DNA of 64,000 nucleotides. Origin: a virus. Its lineage: Duplodnaviria; Heunggongvirae; Uroviricota; Caudoviricetes. Under the pieces are notes generated by a model that ran no database searches, was not told where the DNA came from, and was given only the letters and a program-made list of their open reading frames with translations. Position numbers and translations under genes: made by a program. The stretch covers positions 100,027-164,026 of IMG/VR virus record IMGVR_UViG_3300043438_000976; one strand, 5' to 3'. Below are positions 1 to 6,647 of this stretch, one piece after another (position 1 is the first letter of the stretch; each line of letters begins with the position of its first letter).

Positions 1-40
1 CTTTTTACGTGCTACCACTACACCAACGTGAAGACCAACT
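1..40 (-). tRNA. partial tRNA-like 5' half (D-arm-like GTGGTGTAGTGGTAGCAC) truncated by window start
   Basis: revcomp of 11-35 reads TGGTGTAGTGGTAGC, a typical D-arm; T-arm would lie before coordinate 1. Confidence 0.2.
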
Positions 41-110
41 CACGCCCGGGATTCGAACCCAGCCCCTCTTTTTTACAGAAAGATTATTTTTAATTGCTGA
101 AAAGAACCTA
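39..110 (-). pseudogene. degenerate tRNA-like element (T-arm plus anticodon arm with GUA loop, no recognisable D-arm)
   Basis: T-loop ATTCGAA at 51-57; perfect stem tcttt/aaaga with loop revcomp CUGUAAA at 67-83; no D-arm or 5' acceptor partner. Confidence 0.25.
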
Positions 111-274
111 AAGGTCAAAACTTAACGAGTAAAAAGTCTTACTAGCCGCAGCCAGTAATACTTAATTCCTCTAAATGTCGGTAAATCAAATTGTATAAAT
201 GATACCGGCTCTTTGGGAATATTGCCATATGCTTTATCAAGTGTATCTTTTGTACTCATATAACATTCCTTTGT

Positions 275-349
275 TGGTGGACCGAGGGAGGATCGAACTC
301 CCACCCGAGGCTTGCAAAGCCACTGTGCTCCCATTATCACTATCAGCCC
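275..349 (-). tRNA. tRNA-Ala: tRNA-Ala (UGC)
   Basis: T-arm GGGAG-TTCGATC-CTCCC; anticodon loop UUUGCAA; G3:U70 pair; acceptor fully paired; encoded CCA. Confidence 0.6.
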
Positions 350-354
350 AAATA

Positions 355-428
355 TGGATGCGGGTGAAGGATTCGAACCTCCGATGCACCTGGCTTATGA
401 GACCGGTGTGGTGACCACCCTACCCGCG
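355..428 (-). tRNA. tRNA-fMet: tRNA-Met (CAU), initiator-like (C1:A72 mismatch, CUCAUAA loop)
   Basis: 5' CGCGGG start as in bacterial initiator; loop CUCAUAA; C1-A72 unpaired; T-loop TTCGAAT; encoded CCA; D-region fold irregular. Confidence 0.45.
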
Positions 429-597
429 TAATTCTTGTTGATGATTATTGTTGTGTCGGGAAACCATCAAACCCCGTGAGAGCAGCCCATCCTGTTTTCG
501 CTTCAGCGGAACCGGAGTATGGATACAGGTCCGGTCTAAATTCGTTTACATACTACTTATCTCATTGTACTCCGTATGTAAGGGAGAGTTTATTGGT

Positions 598-670
598 CGG
601 TGTGACACGATTCGAACATGCGACCACTGCGTCCCAAACGCAGAGCTCTACCAAGCTGAGCTACACACCG
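598..670 (-). tRNA. tRNA-Pro: tRNA-Pro (UGG)
   Basis: full cloverleaf: CGGTGTG acceptor perfectly paired, D-arm GCTC-AGCTTGGTA-GAGC, loop UUUGGGA, T-loop TTCGAAT. Confidence 0.75.
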
Positions 671-677
671 ATTATCT

Positions 678-753
678 TGGTACGTCCTGACGGGCTCGAA
701 CCGCCGACAGCTGCCGTGTAAAGGCAGAACTCTACCAACTGAGTTAAGGACGC
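678..753 (-). tRNA. tRNA-Val: tRNA-Val (UAC)
   Basis: anticodon stem ctgcc/ggcag perfect, loop UUUACAC; T-loop GCTCGAA rc; acceptor 7/7 with one GU; encoded CCA. Confidence 0.7.
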
Positions 754-761
754 AAAAAACT

Positions 762-835
762 TGGAGCGGGGTGCGAGAATCGAACTCGCGACTTGAACTT
801 GGAAGGATCTCGTTTTACCACTAAACTAACCCCGC
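762..835 (-). tRNA. tRNA-Gly: tRNA-Gly (UCC), weak anticodon stem
   Basis: T-arm GCGAG-TTCGATT-CTCGC perfect; acceptor GCGGGGT paired; loop CUUCCAA; anticodon stem only 3/5 pairs; encoded CCA. Confidence 0.5.
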
Positions 836-1346
836 ATTAAATCTATTTATTGAAACACACTAACACCGCTGGCAAAGTAGTTACACTACTTGATACGATA
901 CCTAATGCATTTCAATAAAGTGTCTAGCCACTCACACCACATGAGCCCCAAACTGAGCGGTTACTCTGTCCACTAATTTTTCCATCTGGACGGGTTTTGT
1001 TCCCGCCCCTAGGCAGTTTTCAGTATCTCCGAACAGAAGACTGTAAGGTCAGGTCCTAGTGTACCCCCTGTTCTATCGTTTCAGGGACGCTGTTTTAATA
1101 ACGTAAAACAGTAAACCGGGTTTTCAACAGGTTAATACTAGTTTAAAGTCCTAGCAGACAGCCATTTTTTATTGCTGTAATTAACCTAAATAGGTTTTTG
1201 AGAGACCAACTATCTTTCTTAAGGACTCGCTGGGTTGTCTCGAATGAGAGAGTTTATGCAGACCTTGTACAATTCTACTGGTGTGTCATGCTCAAGAATA
1301 GGGCACTAGAATACAAGGGACTCATCTCATCGTCTATCTCAAAACT

Positions 1347-1438
1347 TGGTACCCCCGGCGGGAGTCGAACCCACACTAACCAATTATCTGTTGCATACGG
1401 GATATAAATCCGCTGTTCTACCATTAAACTACAGGGGC
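1347..1438 (-). tRNA. class II-like tRNA, anticodon loop UUUAUAU (UAU, AUA-decoding?) with 22-nt extra arm
   Basis: acceptor GCCCCUG/CGGGGGU pairs, D-arm GUUU-AAUGGUA-GAAC, T-loop TTCGACT, A73, encoded CCA; anticodon stem 4/5; identity uncertain. Confidence 0.4.
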
Positions 1439-1445
1439 ATAAAAT

Positions 1446-1515
1446 AACAGGATCAACTTTTTATGTTTCAGTATAAATGAAATTTTTATTATGTTTGCTG
1501 AACTGATCCTAAAAA
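1446..1515 (-). repeat. inter-tRNA hairpin element copy A (AACAGGATC...TTTGCTGAAC.GATCCT + A/T run)
   Basis: inverted repeat aggatca/tgatcct and inner ttcag/ctgaa; conserved motif TTTGCTGAAC shared with copies at 5937 and 6716. Confidence 0.6.
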
Positions 1516-1517
1516 AC

Positions 1518-1607
1518 TTGGCGGTGCGACTGAGACTCGAACTCAGAAACCGGCTTTCACCGATCGACGGATTAGCAATCCGCTCTAATACCATTATAGG
1601 ACCGCAC
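1518..1607 (-). tRNA. tRNA-Ser: tRNA-Ser (GCU), class II
   Basis: T-arm ctgag-actcgaa-ctcag perfect; anticodon loop UUGCUAA; 20-nt variable arm; acceptor 7/7 (one GU); encoded CCA. Confidence 0.6.
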
Positions 1608-1615
1608 CATTTAAC

Positions 1616-1691
1616 TTGGCTCCACAGCGTGGGCTCGAACCACGGACCAAAAGATTAACAGTCTTCTACTCTACCGACTGAGCTACTGCGG
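1616..1691 (-). tRNA. tRNA-Asn: tRNA-Asn (GUU)
   Basis: T-arm cgtgg-gctcgaa-ccacg perfect; loop CUGUUAA; acceptor fully paired; encoded CCA. Confidence 0.65.
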
Positions 1692-1703
1692 AATATTTTT
1701 TAC

Positions 1704-1937
1704 TCAAACGCTAGTACTTGCAGTACCAGTGTCATTGGTCACGTAACTAGTGCCTTGTGGGCGAGGTGCGTTACGATCACGCTTTTCTGATTTTGGAACA
1801 ATGCTTGCTGCCACTTGTGCATCAATCATTGCATTTTTAAAACCATGACGGTCTTGATTATTTTTAAACTTCATCAATGCTAACATTGTTTTTGTTCGCT
1901 TACTCAACTTAAAAGTTGCAGATGTTCTTGCTCTCAT
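1704..1937 (-). CDS. small basic hypothetical protein (about 78 aa) between tRNAs
   Basis: ATG at 1937 preceded by AAGGA SD; K/R-rich product MRARTSATFKLSKRTK...; longer listed ORF 1704..2072 overlaps a tRNA. Confidence 0.3.
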   Translation of the reverse strand: MRARTSATFKLSKRTKTMLALMKFKNNQDRHGFKNAMIDAQVAASIVPKSEKRDRNAPRPQGTSYVTNDTGTASTSV

Positions 1938-1958
1938 TTTGATCCTTAATAAAAAACT

Positions 1959-2033
1959 TGGTCCGGCGTAGAGGAATCGAACCTCTATTCGCACTTTAGA
2001 AGAATGCTGTCCTATCCATTGAACGAACGCCAG
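1959..2033 (-). tRNA. tRNA-Arg: tRNA-Arg (UCU)
   Basis: T-arm agagg-aatcgaa-cctct perfect; loop CUUCUAA; acceptor paired with GU; encoded CCA. Confidence 0.6.
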
Positions 2034-2041
2034 GTAATTGT

Positions 2042-2125
2042 TTGGTACGAGAGGCGGGACTCGAACCCGCATGCCTTTCGACGGGAGATTTTAAGTCTCC
2101 TGAGTATACCATTTCTCCACTCTCG
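2042..2125 (-). tRNA. tRNA-Leu: tRNA-Leu (UAA), class II
   Basis: anticodon stem ggaga/tctcc perfect, loop CUUAAAA; 13-nt variable arm; T-arm gcggg-actcgaa-cccgc; A73; encoded CCA. Confidence 0.7.
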
Positions 2126-2241
2126 CATTCACCATATAGAAACACACTATGTATCTTAGTCGCGTGTAGTTTTGGAGGGCTACACTACAGACCCAAATAG
2201 TTAGACCGCGAATCTAACCCAACCTATAGTATGTTTGTATA

Positions 2242-2325
2242 TGGTGCCCCAGGTCGGACTCGAACCGACACGGATTTCTCCACTGGCTTCTAAGACCAGC
2301 GTGGCTACCATTACACCACCGGGGC
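2242..2325 (-). tRNA. tRNA-Leu: tRNA-Leu (UAG), class II
   Basis: loop CUUAGAA, stem CUGGU/GCCAG; variable arm UGGAGAAAUCCGU hairpin; T-arm gtcgg-actcgaa-ccgac; encoded CCA. Confidence 0.7.
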
Positions 2326-2381
2326 AAATACCAACTTAACTTTTTAAAGAACAGTGCTAACAGTTGCTAGCGTATGTGTTT

Positions 2382-2410
2382 ATTATACAGTCTATTTAAG
2401 ACTCTGTCAA
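2382..2410 (-). promoter_or_regulatory. consensus sigma70-type promoter (TTGACA-17-TATAAT) reading leftwards into the tRNA array
   Basis: minus-strand sequence CTTGACA gagtcttaaatagactg TATAAT; exact -35 and -10 hexamers with 17-bp spacer. Confidence 0.6.
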
Positions 2411-2430
2411 GTCTTTTTTATTTTTTTTTT
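2398..2430 (+). terminator. plus-strand intrinsic-terminator-like hairpin (aagact-ctgtca-agtctt) followed by 15-nt T run
   Basis: 6-bp stem plus T-rich tail ttttatttttttttt; overlaps the -35 of the opposite-strand promoter. Confidence 0.4.
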
Positions 2431-2504
2431 GGTACCCTAGCGTGGGAACGATCCACGGACACCCGCCTTATCAAGACGGTGCTCTACCACTGAGCTACTA
2501 GGGC
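2430..2504 (-). tRNA. tRNA-Ile: tRNA-Ile (GAU), unusual T-loop AUCGUUC
   Basis: D-arm GCTC-AGTGGTA-GAGC, anticodon stem CCGUC/GGCGG, loop UUGAUAA; T-stem cgtgg/ccacg; encoded CCA. Confidence 0.6.
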
Positions 2505-2516
2505 AATAAATACGTA

Positions 2517-3092
2517 ATGCAAAACCATTACAAATTAAATATTCCTGTCAAAATATTAAAAGATAATATAGACATGCAACATTATATTGATTTGGTTTAT
2601 TCTAAATCAGAGCACAATTGGGCTATGAAGTTAGTTGACCATAAAGAATTTCTTACAGATGAGTCTATTGAATTTTTTAAAAATTTCGGAATAGATATTC
2701 TTTCAGAATGTATTTTTTTTAGAGGTAATGCTAACAGCAATCTAGACATTCATATTGATACTATTAACGGAGTTACTCATTGTGTATGGGGTATCAATAT
2801 AGTATGGGGGTCTGCTAATTCAGAAATGTTTTGGTATTCCCCGTTGCCCGGTAAACAAAATAATATTAAAATGTCAAGCGGCGGCACACCATATATTCAT
2901 TTTGATCGAGCCGATGTTGTCTGCATTGAATCTGCTAGAATTGAAGGGCCTTGTTTAGTTAGAACTAATATACCTCATAATGTTGCTAATCGGGACATTG
3001 CAAATATTCGCTGGTGTCTAAGCATTCGGGCAACTGCAAAATTTTCTACTTGGGAAGAAATAGTTGAGCTTTTCAAACCTTTAATTATATAA
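2517..3092 (+). CDS. 2OG-Fe(II) oxygenase superfamily protein, paralogue 1 of 5
   Basis: HxD...H motif (HIDT ... PHNV) and RxS-like tail; paralogous to ORFs at 3522, 4457, 5202, 6108. Confidence 0.45.
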   Translation: MQNHYKLNIPVKILKDNIDMQHYIDLVYSKSEHNWAMKLVDHKEFLTDESIEFFKNFGIDILSECIFFRGNANSNLDIHIDTINGVTHCVWGINIVWGSANSEMFWYSPLPGKQNNIKMSSGGTPYIHFDRADVVCIESARIEGPCLVRTNIPHNVANRDIANIRWCLSIRATAKFSTWEEIVELFKPLII

Positions 3093-3093
3093 T

Positions 3094-3168
3094 TGGTAGT
3101 TCCTACTGGGATCGAACCAGTGACCTTCACAATGTCAATGTGATATTCTACCTCTGAAATAAGGAACT
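3094..3168 (-). tRNA. tRNA-Val: tRNA-Val (GAC)
   Basis: T-arm actgg-gatcgaa-ccagt perfect; anticodon stem UCACA/UGUGA perfect, loop UUGACAU; encoded CCA. Confidence 0.6.
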
Positions 3169-3173
3169 GTAAT

Positions 3174-3250
3174 TGGTACCCCGTGTCTGATTCGAACAGA
3201 CAGCCAACTCCTTTTGAGAGAATCCGCACTACCAATTAGCGTAACGGGGC
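3174..3250 (-). tRNA. class I-length tRNA with anticodon CAA (Leu codon UUG), A73
   Basis: T-arm gtctg-attcgaa-cagac perfect; stem AUUCU/GGAGU, loop CUCAAAA; 73 nt so no long variable arm; atypical D-arm CGC...GCG. Confidence 0.4.
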
Positions 3251-3388
3251 ATAAACAGATTTGTTATATTGTGGATTTTATCAGTTTATTGTTCCACAAC
3301 CTCACGACGCAATGGCAACTATATCGCCGCACTGCTCGATACCCTACCCATTATGCGAACACTTTGGGATCAAACGGGATAACAAAAA

Positions 3389-3465
3389 TGGTACCTTCGG
3401 GCGGATTCGAACCCCCAACCACCTGCTTCTAAGGCAAGCCGCACTCCCAATTAGCGTACGAAGGC
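3389..3465 (-). tRNA. class I-length tRNA with anticodon UAG (Leu codons CUA/CUG), A73
   Basis: loop CUUAGAA, stem CUUGC/GCAGG; D-arm almost identical to the tRNA at 3174-3250; 73 nt; encoded CCA. Confidence 0.4.
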
Positions 3466-3470
3466 ATACA

Positions 3471-3556
3471 TGGTTCCCGAGGAGAGATTCGAACTCTCAC
3501 ATCCTAGTGTTTTTCCTTACCTCAGTAAAGTGTGTCTACCATTCCACCACCCGGGC
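3471..3556 (-). tRNA. class II tRNA (82 nt), possibly Leu (GAG); fold uncertain
   Basis: T-arm gagag-attcgaa-ctctc perfect; candidate loop CUGAGGU; G1:A72 mismatch; encoded CCA; anticodon stem poorly paired. Confidence 0.35.
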
Positions 3557-4091
3557 ATTCAAATATTTTTTTGACTTCTTCGAAAGATAAACTGTTAGTG
3601 TGTAAACAGAATGCTACTCTATCAACTGCGGATGCAGCAATAACAGAATGCGGCTTCGTTACATCCAGTAACCAAACGTCTCCCGGCAATGCTTTAAAAT
3701 TTGCAGCAGGAACTAGATCTTTTAATTTAAAGACACTTCCGTTAGTTTGATTTTTTATCTTTGTTAAAACCGAATCTTCAGTAAGCTGATTATAAAATAC
3801 TGTCACAGCATCAGCAGTCTGTACATAAAAATTTAATACTGCGGTTACTCCGCTATCAGTGTGTGGTCTTGCATACGGTACATTAATTTTCATAATGCCC
3901 GATGTAAAATGTTTTCTATAATTTTCCGGAACGACTTCTAACATAGTATCAGTACAATACTGCGGTATTCTATTATATTGTATACCTTTAAATTCATTGC
4001 CGATTACAGATCCAAAATTTGCAAATTCTTCTTTTGCAATATTTGCATCTAGTGTTAGAAAAAATTGTTCTTTTAATTTAACAAAATACAT
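3522..4091 (-). CDS. 2OG-Fe(II) oxygenase superfamily protein, paralogue 2
   Basis: HTD...H (ARPHTDSG ... KPHSV) motif; 3' end overlaps the 5' end of the tRNA at 3471-3556. Confidence 0.45.
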   Translation of the reverse strand: MYFVKLKEQFFLTLDANIAKEEFANFGSVIGNEFKGIQYNRIPQYCTDTMLEVVPENYRKHFTSGIMKINVPYARPHTDSGVTAVLNFYVQTADAVTVFYNQLTEDSVLTKIKNQTNGSVFKLKDLVPAANFKALPGDVWLLDVTKPHSVIAASAVDRVAFCLHTNSLSFEEVKKIFECPGGGMVDTLY

Positions 4092-4111
4092 AACAATATT
4101 TACAACTAACT

Positions 4112-4185
4112 TGGTGCGGGGTAGGAGAATCGAACTCCTGCTTAAACGTTGGCAACGTCTGGTTCTACCATTAAACTAACCACGC
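4112..4185 (-). tRNA. tRNA-Gly: tRNA-Gly (GCC)
   Basis: T-arm aggag-aatcgaa-ctcct perfect; stem AGACG/CGUUU, loop UUGCCAA; one acceptor mismatch; encoded CCA. Confidence 0.6.
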
Positions 4186-4190
4186 ATAAA

Positions 4191-4268
4191 TGGAGTAGGG
4201 AGTGGGATTTGAACCCACGAATCAACTGGTTTGCAATCAGTGCCATTAAGCCTCTCTGGAACCCCTAC
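4191..4268 (-). tRNA. tRNA-Cys: tRNA-Cys (GCA)
   Basis: T-arm gtggg-atttgaa-cccac perfect; loop UUGCAAA; acceptor 7/7 with GU; U73; encoded CCA. Confidence 0.55.
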
Positions 4269-4271
4269 ATA

Positions 4272-4337
4272 ATAAAACAGGATACAGTTTCGATGGGCAT
4301 GAAGCCCATTGCTCTACCATTGAGCGAATCATCCAAA
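4272..4337 (-). pseudogene. T-armless tRNA-like remnant (D-arm GCTCAATGGTAGAGC plus anticodon-type hairpin with UCA triplet), merged with a repeat-element variant
   Basis: acceptor-like ggataca/atcatcc 5 bp; only 8 nt where a T-arm should be; begins with AAAACAGGATA like the inter-tRNA repeat. Confidence 0.25.
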
Positions 4338-4339
4338 GC

Positions 4340-4391
4340 GGATAATGTTGGAATCGAACCAACGTGTCGTTAGACATTGCTGTATGTATCC
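4340..4391 (-). pseudogene. truncated tRNA-like fragment (acceptor plus T-arm gttgg-aatcgaa-ccaac, then mini-hairpin)
   Basis: perfect T-arm but only 28 nt remain before the acceptor partner tatcc; too short for anticodon and D arms. Confidence 0.2.
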
Positions 4392-4397
4392 TTAAAC

Positions 4398-4471
4398 TGG
4401 CACTCCCCTAGGGACTCGAACCCCAACGAACGGTTTTGGAGACCGCTATGCTGCCATTACATCAGAGAAGT
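4398..4471 (-). tRNA. tRNA-Trp: tRNA-Trp (CCA)
   Basis: stem GCGGU/ACCGU, loop CUCCAAA; acceptor ACUUCUC/GGGGAGU fully paired with GU; encoded CCA. Confidence 0.65.
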
Positions 4472-4969
4472 ATATGTATGCTGTACTAACCAAGATTTTA
4501 GATCTGTGTAGGAAAAAATTCCCGGTAGTACATATGAAAGTAGATATCTATCTTTTTCGTCTAGATTTATTACAGTATGCACCTGTTTTGAATTAAATGC
4601 ATACCATGTATTAGGATCGTACTCAAGTTCAATTACTTTTTGTAAGAAAGGAGTTCCGTGATTCCCAACTGAAAACAATGTATGACAATGATATCGATCT
4701 AATGCCATATTTAATGAACACCCTATTGAATTTTTATCCTGGTGCCATCCATAGACAGATTTACATGGAATTTTATAAAGATTTAACTCTCCTAAAAATT
4801 CCTTATGAATTTTACTCAGTAATTGATCATCACCGATGTGCGTACTAGATAAATTTGTAGCAATAAACATAGACGGAACCCATTTCCAAATTGCATTCGG
4901 AATAAATTCTTTTACTTTAGGTAAAAAATTAATGTCAGTGTTAACAGGGATAAAATAATCTTCGTTCAT
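4457..4969 (-). CDS. 2OG-Fe(II) oxygenase superfamily protein, paralogue 3
   Basis: HQD...H (GWHQDKN ... QVHTV); start moved to MNEDYF at 4969 because upstream listed residues translate the tRNA-Ser gene. Confidence 0.45.
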   Translation of the reverse strand: MNEDYFIPVNTDINFLPKVKEFIPNAIWKWVPSMFIATNLSSTHIGDDQLLSKIHKEFLGELNLYKIPCKSVYGWHQDKNSIGCSLNMALDRYHCHTLFSVGNHGTPFLQKVIELEYDPNTWYAFNSKQVHTVINLDEKDRYLLSYVLPGIFSYTDLKSWLVQHTYTSLM

Positions 4970-4974
4970 ATTAT

Positions 4975-5066
4975 TGGTGGAAAGCAGAGGAGTCGAACCC
5001 CATCCCATTTCTGAGAACCCAGTTTTCAAGGCTGGTCGGGGAACCAACTCCCCTGCATTACTTTCC
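4975..5066 (-). tRNA. tRNA-Ser: tRNA-Ser (UGA), class II
   Basis: loop CUUGAAA; variable-arm hairpin UCUCA-GAAA-UGGGA; T-loop TTCGACT; acceptor GGAAAGU/GCUUUCC paired; encoded CCA. Confidence 0.55.
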
Positions 5067-5106
5067 GTATTTATTGGTGCCACAATGTGGCAAAAACTTA
5101 TTAGGG

Positions 5107-5176
5107 GTGACTAACGGGACTCGAACCCGTACTACCAGAGTCACAGTCTAGGTTGCTACCATTACAACATAGCCAC
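5107..5176 (-). tRNA. tRNA-His: tRNA-His (GUG), C73 discriminator
   Basis: T-arm acggg-actcgaa-cccgt perfect; loop CUGUGAC; acceptor 7/7; discriminator C typical of His; no encoded CCA. Confidence 0.6.
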
Positions 5177-5201
5177 ACCTAATAAGTCTTTCGGTAAATA
5201 A

Positions 5202-5819
5202 ATGATGACAACGTATCATCATAACTTAAATTTTAATGTTGACTTGTTAAAAAACAAACATAGTTTAACAAGTCTTCCTAACATAGTTAATGGCAAAAAA
5301 TCCTATCATTCTTCAATTAGTATCAAGGAACATATTAACTCGGACATGCTAGACTTGCTAGCAGATTTAGATATTTTTCCAGATCATTGCGAAGTGTTCT
5401 ACTCTACTCCTAATTTTTTTAGCGGTATACATGTTGATGTTAAACATGGAGACTTTACTAAAATAAATTGGATATTTGGAGGTGCTAACAGCATTATGAA
5501 TTGGTACAAACCAAAAGATAATATTGTTCGCACTGAGCAAAGTTTATCTGCGGTTAACTCACATTACATAGGATATAATCGAACTGAAGTTGATTTGTTG
5601 TTTTCAGCCCCTATAGGATTTCCTTCAGTTGTGCAAGTCGGAGTACCTCATAATATCATTAATCCTATCGAAGATAGATATTGTATCAGTCTAGTATTAT
5701 CATCTTTAAAAGATGGATGTGTATATAGACCCTCTATGCAACGATCTATCAATATGCTAACCAAGTACTTGGCACCCACGGAAGGATTCGAACCTCCGAC
5801 TCCTACGTTCGTAGCGTAG
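5202..5819 (+). CDS. 2OG-Fe(II) oxygenase superfamily protein, paralogue 4
   Basis: HVD...H (GIHVDVKHG ... VPHNI); shares GGANS.M.WY and VPHN blocks with paralogue 1; 3' end overlaps tRNA-Arg. Confidence 0.45.
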   Translation: MMTTYHHNLNFNVDLLKNKHSLTSLPNIVNGKKSYHSSISIKEHINSDMLDLLADLDIFPDHCEVFYSTPNFFSGIHVDVKHGDFTKINWIFGGANSIMNWYKPKDNIVRTEQSLSAVNSHYIGYNRTEVDLLFSAPIGFPSVVQVGVPHNIINPIEDRYCISLVLSSLKDGCVYRPSMQRSINMLTKYLAPTEGFEPPTPTFVA

Positions 5820-5846
5820 TACTCTAGTCCACTGAGTTACGCGGGT
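5770..5846 (-). tRNA. tRNA-Arg: tRNA-Arg (ACG)
   Basis: stem ctacg/cgtag perfect, loop CUACGAA; T-loop TTCGAAT; acceptor paired; encoded CCA. Confidence 0.7.
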
Positions 5847-5855
5847 ATGAATTGT

Positions 5856-5929
5856 TGGCAGGCCTACCAGGGCTCGAACCTGGAACGACAGAGTCAAAGT
5901 CTGTTGTGTTACCATTACACCATAGACCA
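5856..5929 (-). tRNA. tRNA-Gln: tRNA-Gln (UUG)
   Basis: T-arm ccagg-gctcgaa-cctgg perfect; stem acaga/tctgt perfect, loop CUUUGAC; U1:U72 mismatch; encoded CCA. Confidence 0.6.
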
Positions 5930-5936
5930 ACAAAAT

Positions 5937-6009
5937 AAAACAGGATGCTTTTTTACGTTTTCAATTAAAAGTTGAATGTATAAAGTTTGCTGAACGCATC
6001 CTAAAATTG
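5937..6009 (-). repeat. inter-tRNA hairpin element copy B
   Basis: AAAACAGGATGC...TTTGCTGAACGCATCCTAAAA; same conserved ends as copies A and C, variable loop. Confidence 0.6.
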
Positions 6010-6010
6010 G

Positions 6011-6086
6011 CACCGCCGACGAGAATCGAACTCGCCTTGATCTCCTAGACAGGGAGGTGTAATACCCAGATTACTACGACGGTATA
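6011..6086 (-). tRNA. tRNA-Asp: tRNA-Asp (GUC)
   Basis: D-arm GUAA-UCUGGGUA-UUAC perfect; loop CUGUCUA; acceptor ACCGUCG/CGGCGGU paired; encoded CCA. Confidence 0.6.
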
Positions 6087-6089
6087 ATA

Positions 6090-6097
6090 CTTGCTAT
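6090..6097 (+). promoter_or_regulatory. T4 late-promoter-like box TATAAATA 10 nt upstream of the 6108 ORF
   Basis: exact TATAAATA octamer; spacing to ATG is short, so function uncertain. Confidence 0.25.
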
Positions 6098-6107
6098 AAA
6101 TATCGGA

Positions 6108-6647
6108 ATGGATCCGGCACTTTATAGATCAATCAAGTTTGAAAACATTGACACCATTAGAAATAAAATGGTTGATGTTGTTCTCAAACATACAAAACTT
6201 AATGAGCCTTTATTTCAATATGTTAAAGCTTCGGAGTTTACTGATATTCCAGAACTCAAAGAACAACTTCAAACATACGGACTATATCAATATCTTCATT
6301 ATGCAGTTATTAACGTAAGTCTTAAAGGAACATATCCTATTCACAAAGATACAGGAGGGTTTGTTTATAGTCTAAACATTCCTATCCTTGGATTTGATAA
6401 TACTTTTCTAAATTTTTATTCTTCAACTACAGAGCCGAGAATACAAGGTACAGGGCAAGGCAATGTTACCTACATGCTATACAACCACAGTGACTGTGAG
6501 TTTGTTGGAAAAGTGGAAACAAATGAGCCTGCAATTGTTAATACACAAGTTCCACATGCTTTTCAAAATTGTAATATCCTTCCGCGGGTTGTAATCTTGT
6601 TTAGGATTAATCAGCGTTGGGATATTAATGAATGGCTCCGTGTGTGA
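6108..6647 (+). CDS. 2OG-Fe(II) oxygenase superfamily protein, paralogue 5
   Basis: HKD...H (PIHKDTGG ... VPHAF). Confidence 0.4.
   Translation: MDPALYRSIKFENIDTIRNKMVDVVLKHTKLNEPLFQYVKASEFTDIPELKEQLQTYGLYQYLHYAVINVSLKGTYPIHKDTGGFVYSLNIPILGFDNTFLNFYSSTTEPRIQGTGQGNVTYMLYNHSDCEFVGKVETNEPAIVNTQVPHAFQNCNILPRVVILFRINQRWDINEWLRV

Noticed and set aside
122-721. Listed ORFs 122..340(-), 199..414(+), 448..690(+), 476..721(+)
   Set aside because: They overlap tRNA-Ala/fMet/Pro genes or translate tRNA sequence (PEPT/GFEPP-type peptides); only a possible 46-aa minus ORF (122-259) with weak support remains.
1474-1488. T4 late-promoter-like TATAAATG boxes at 194-201, 1474-1481 and 5966-5973
   Set aside because: Each is one mismatch from TATAAATA and on the strand opposite the tRNA genes, with no plus-strand gene downstream. 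Only the exact TATAAATA at 6090 was retained, at low confidence.
1198-2072. ORF 1198..1407(+) and the 5' extension of ORF 1704..2072(-)
   Set aside because: Both read through tRNA genes (ending ...GTPGGSRTHTN / beginning MRVRVPPLVPNNY). The minus ORF was trimmed to an internal ATG with an SD at 1937.
2975-4373. ORFs 2975..3235(-), 3214..3432(+), 3261..3590(+), 3532..3750(+), 3997..4179(+), 4149..4373(+)
   Set aside because: Antisense to oxygenase genes or spanning tRNA genes; products are low-complexity tRNA translations (e.g. SGGFEPPTTCF).
5080-5100. Hairpin gccac-aat-gtggc followed by AAAAA as a terminator
   Set aside because: The A-run lies on the wrong side for either strand (U-run precedes the stem on minus, A-run follows on plus); more likely a processing hairpin.
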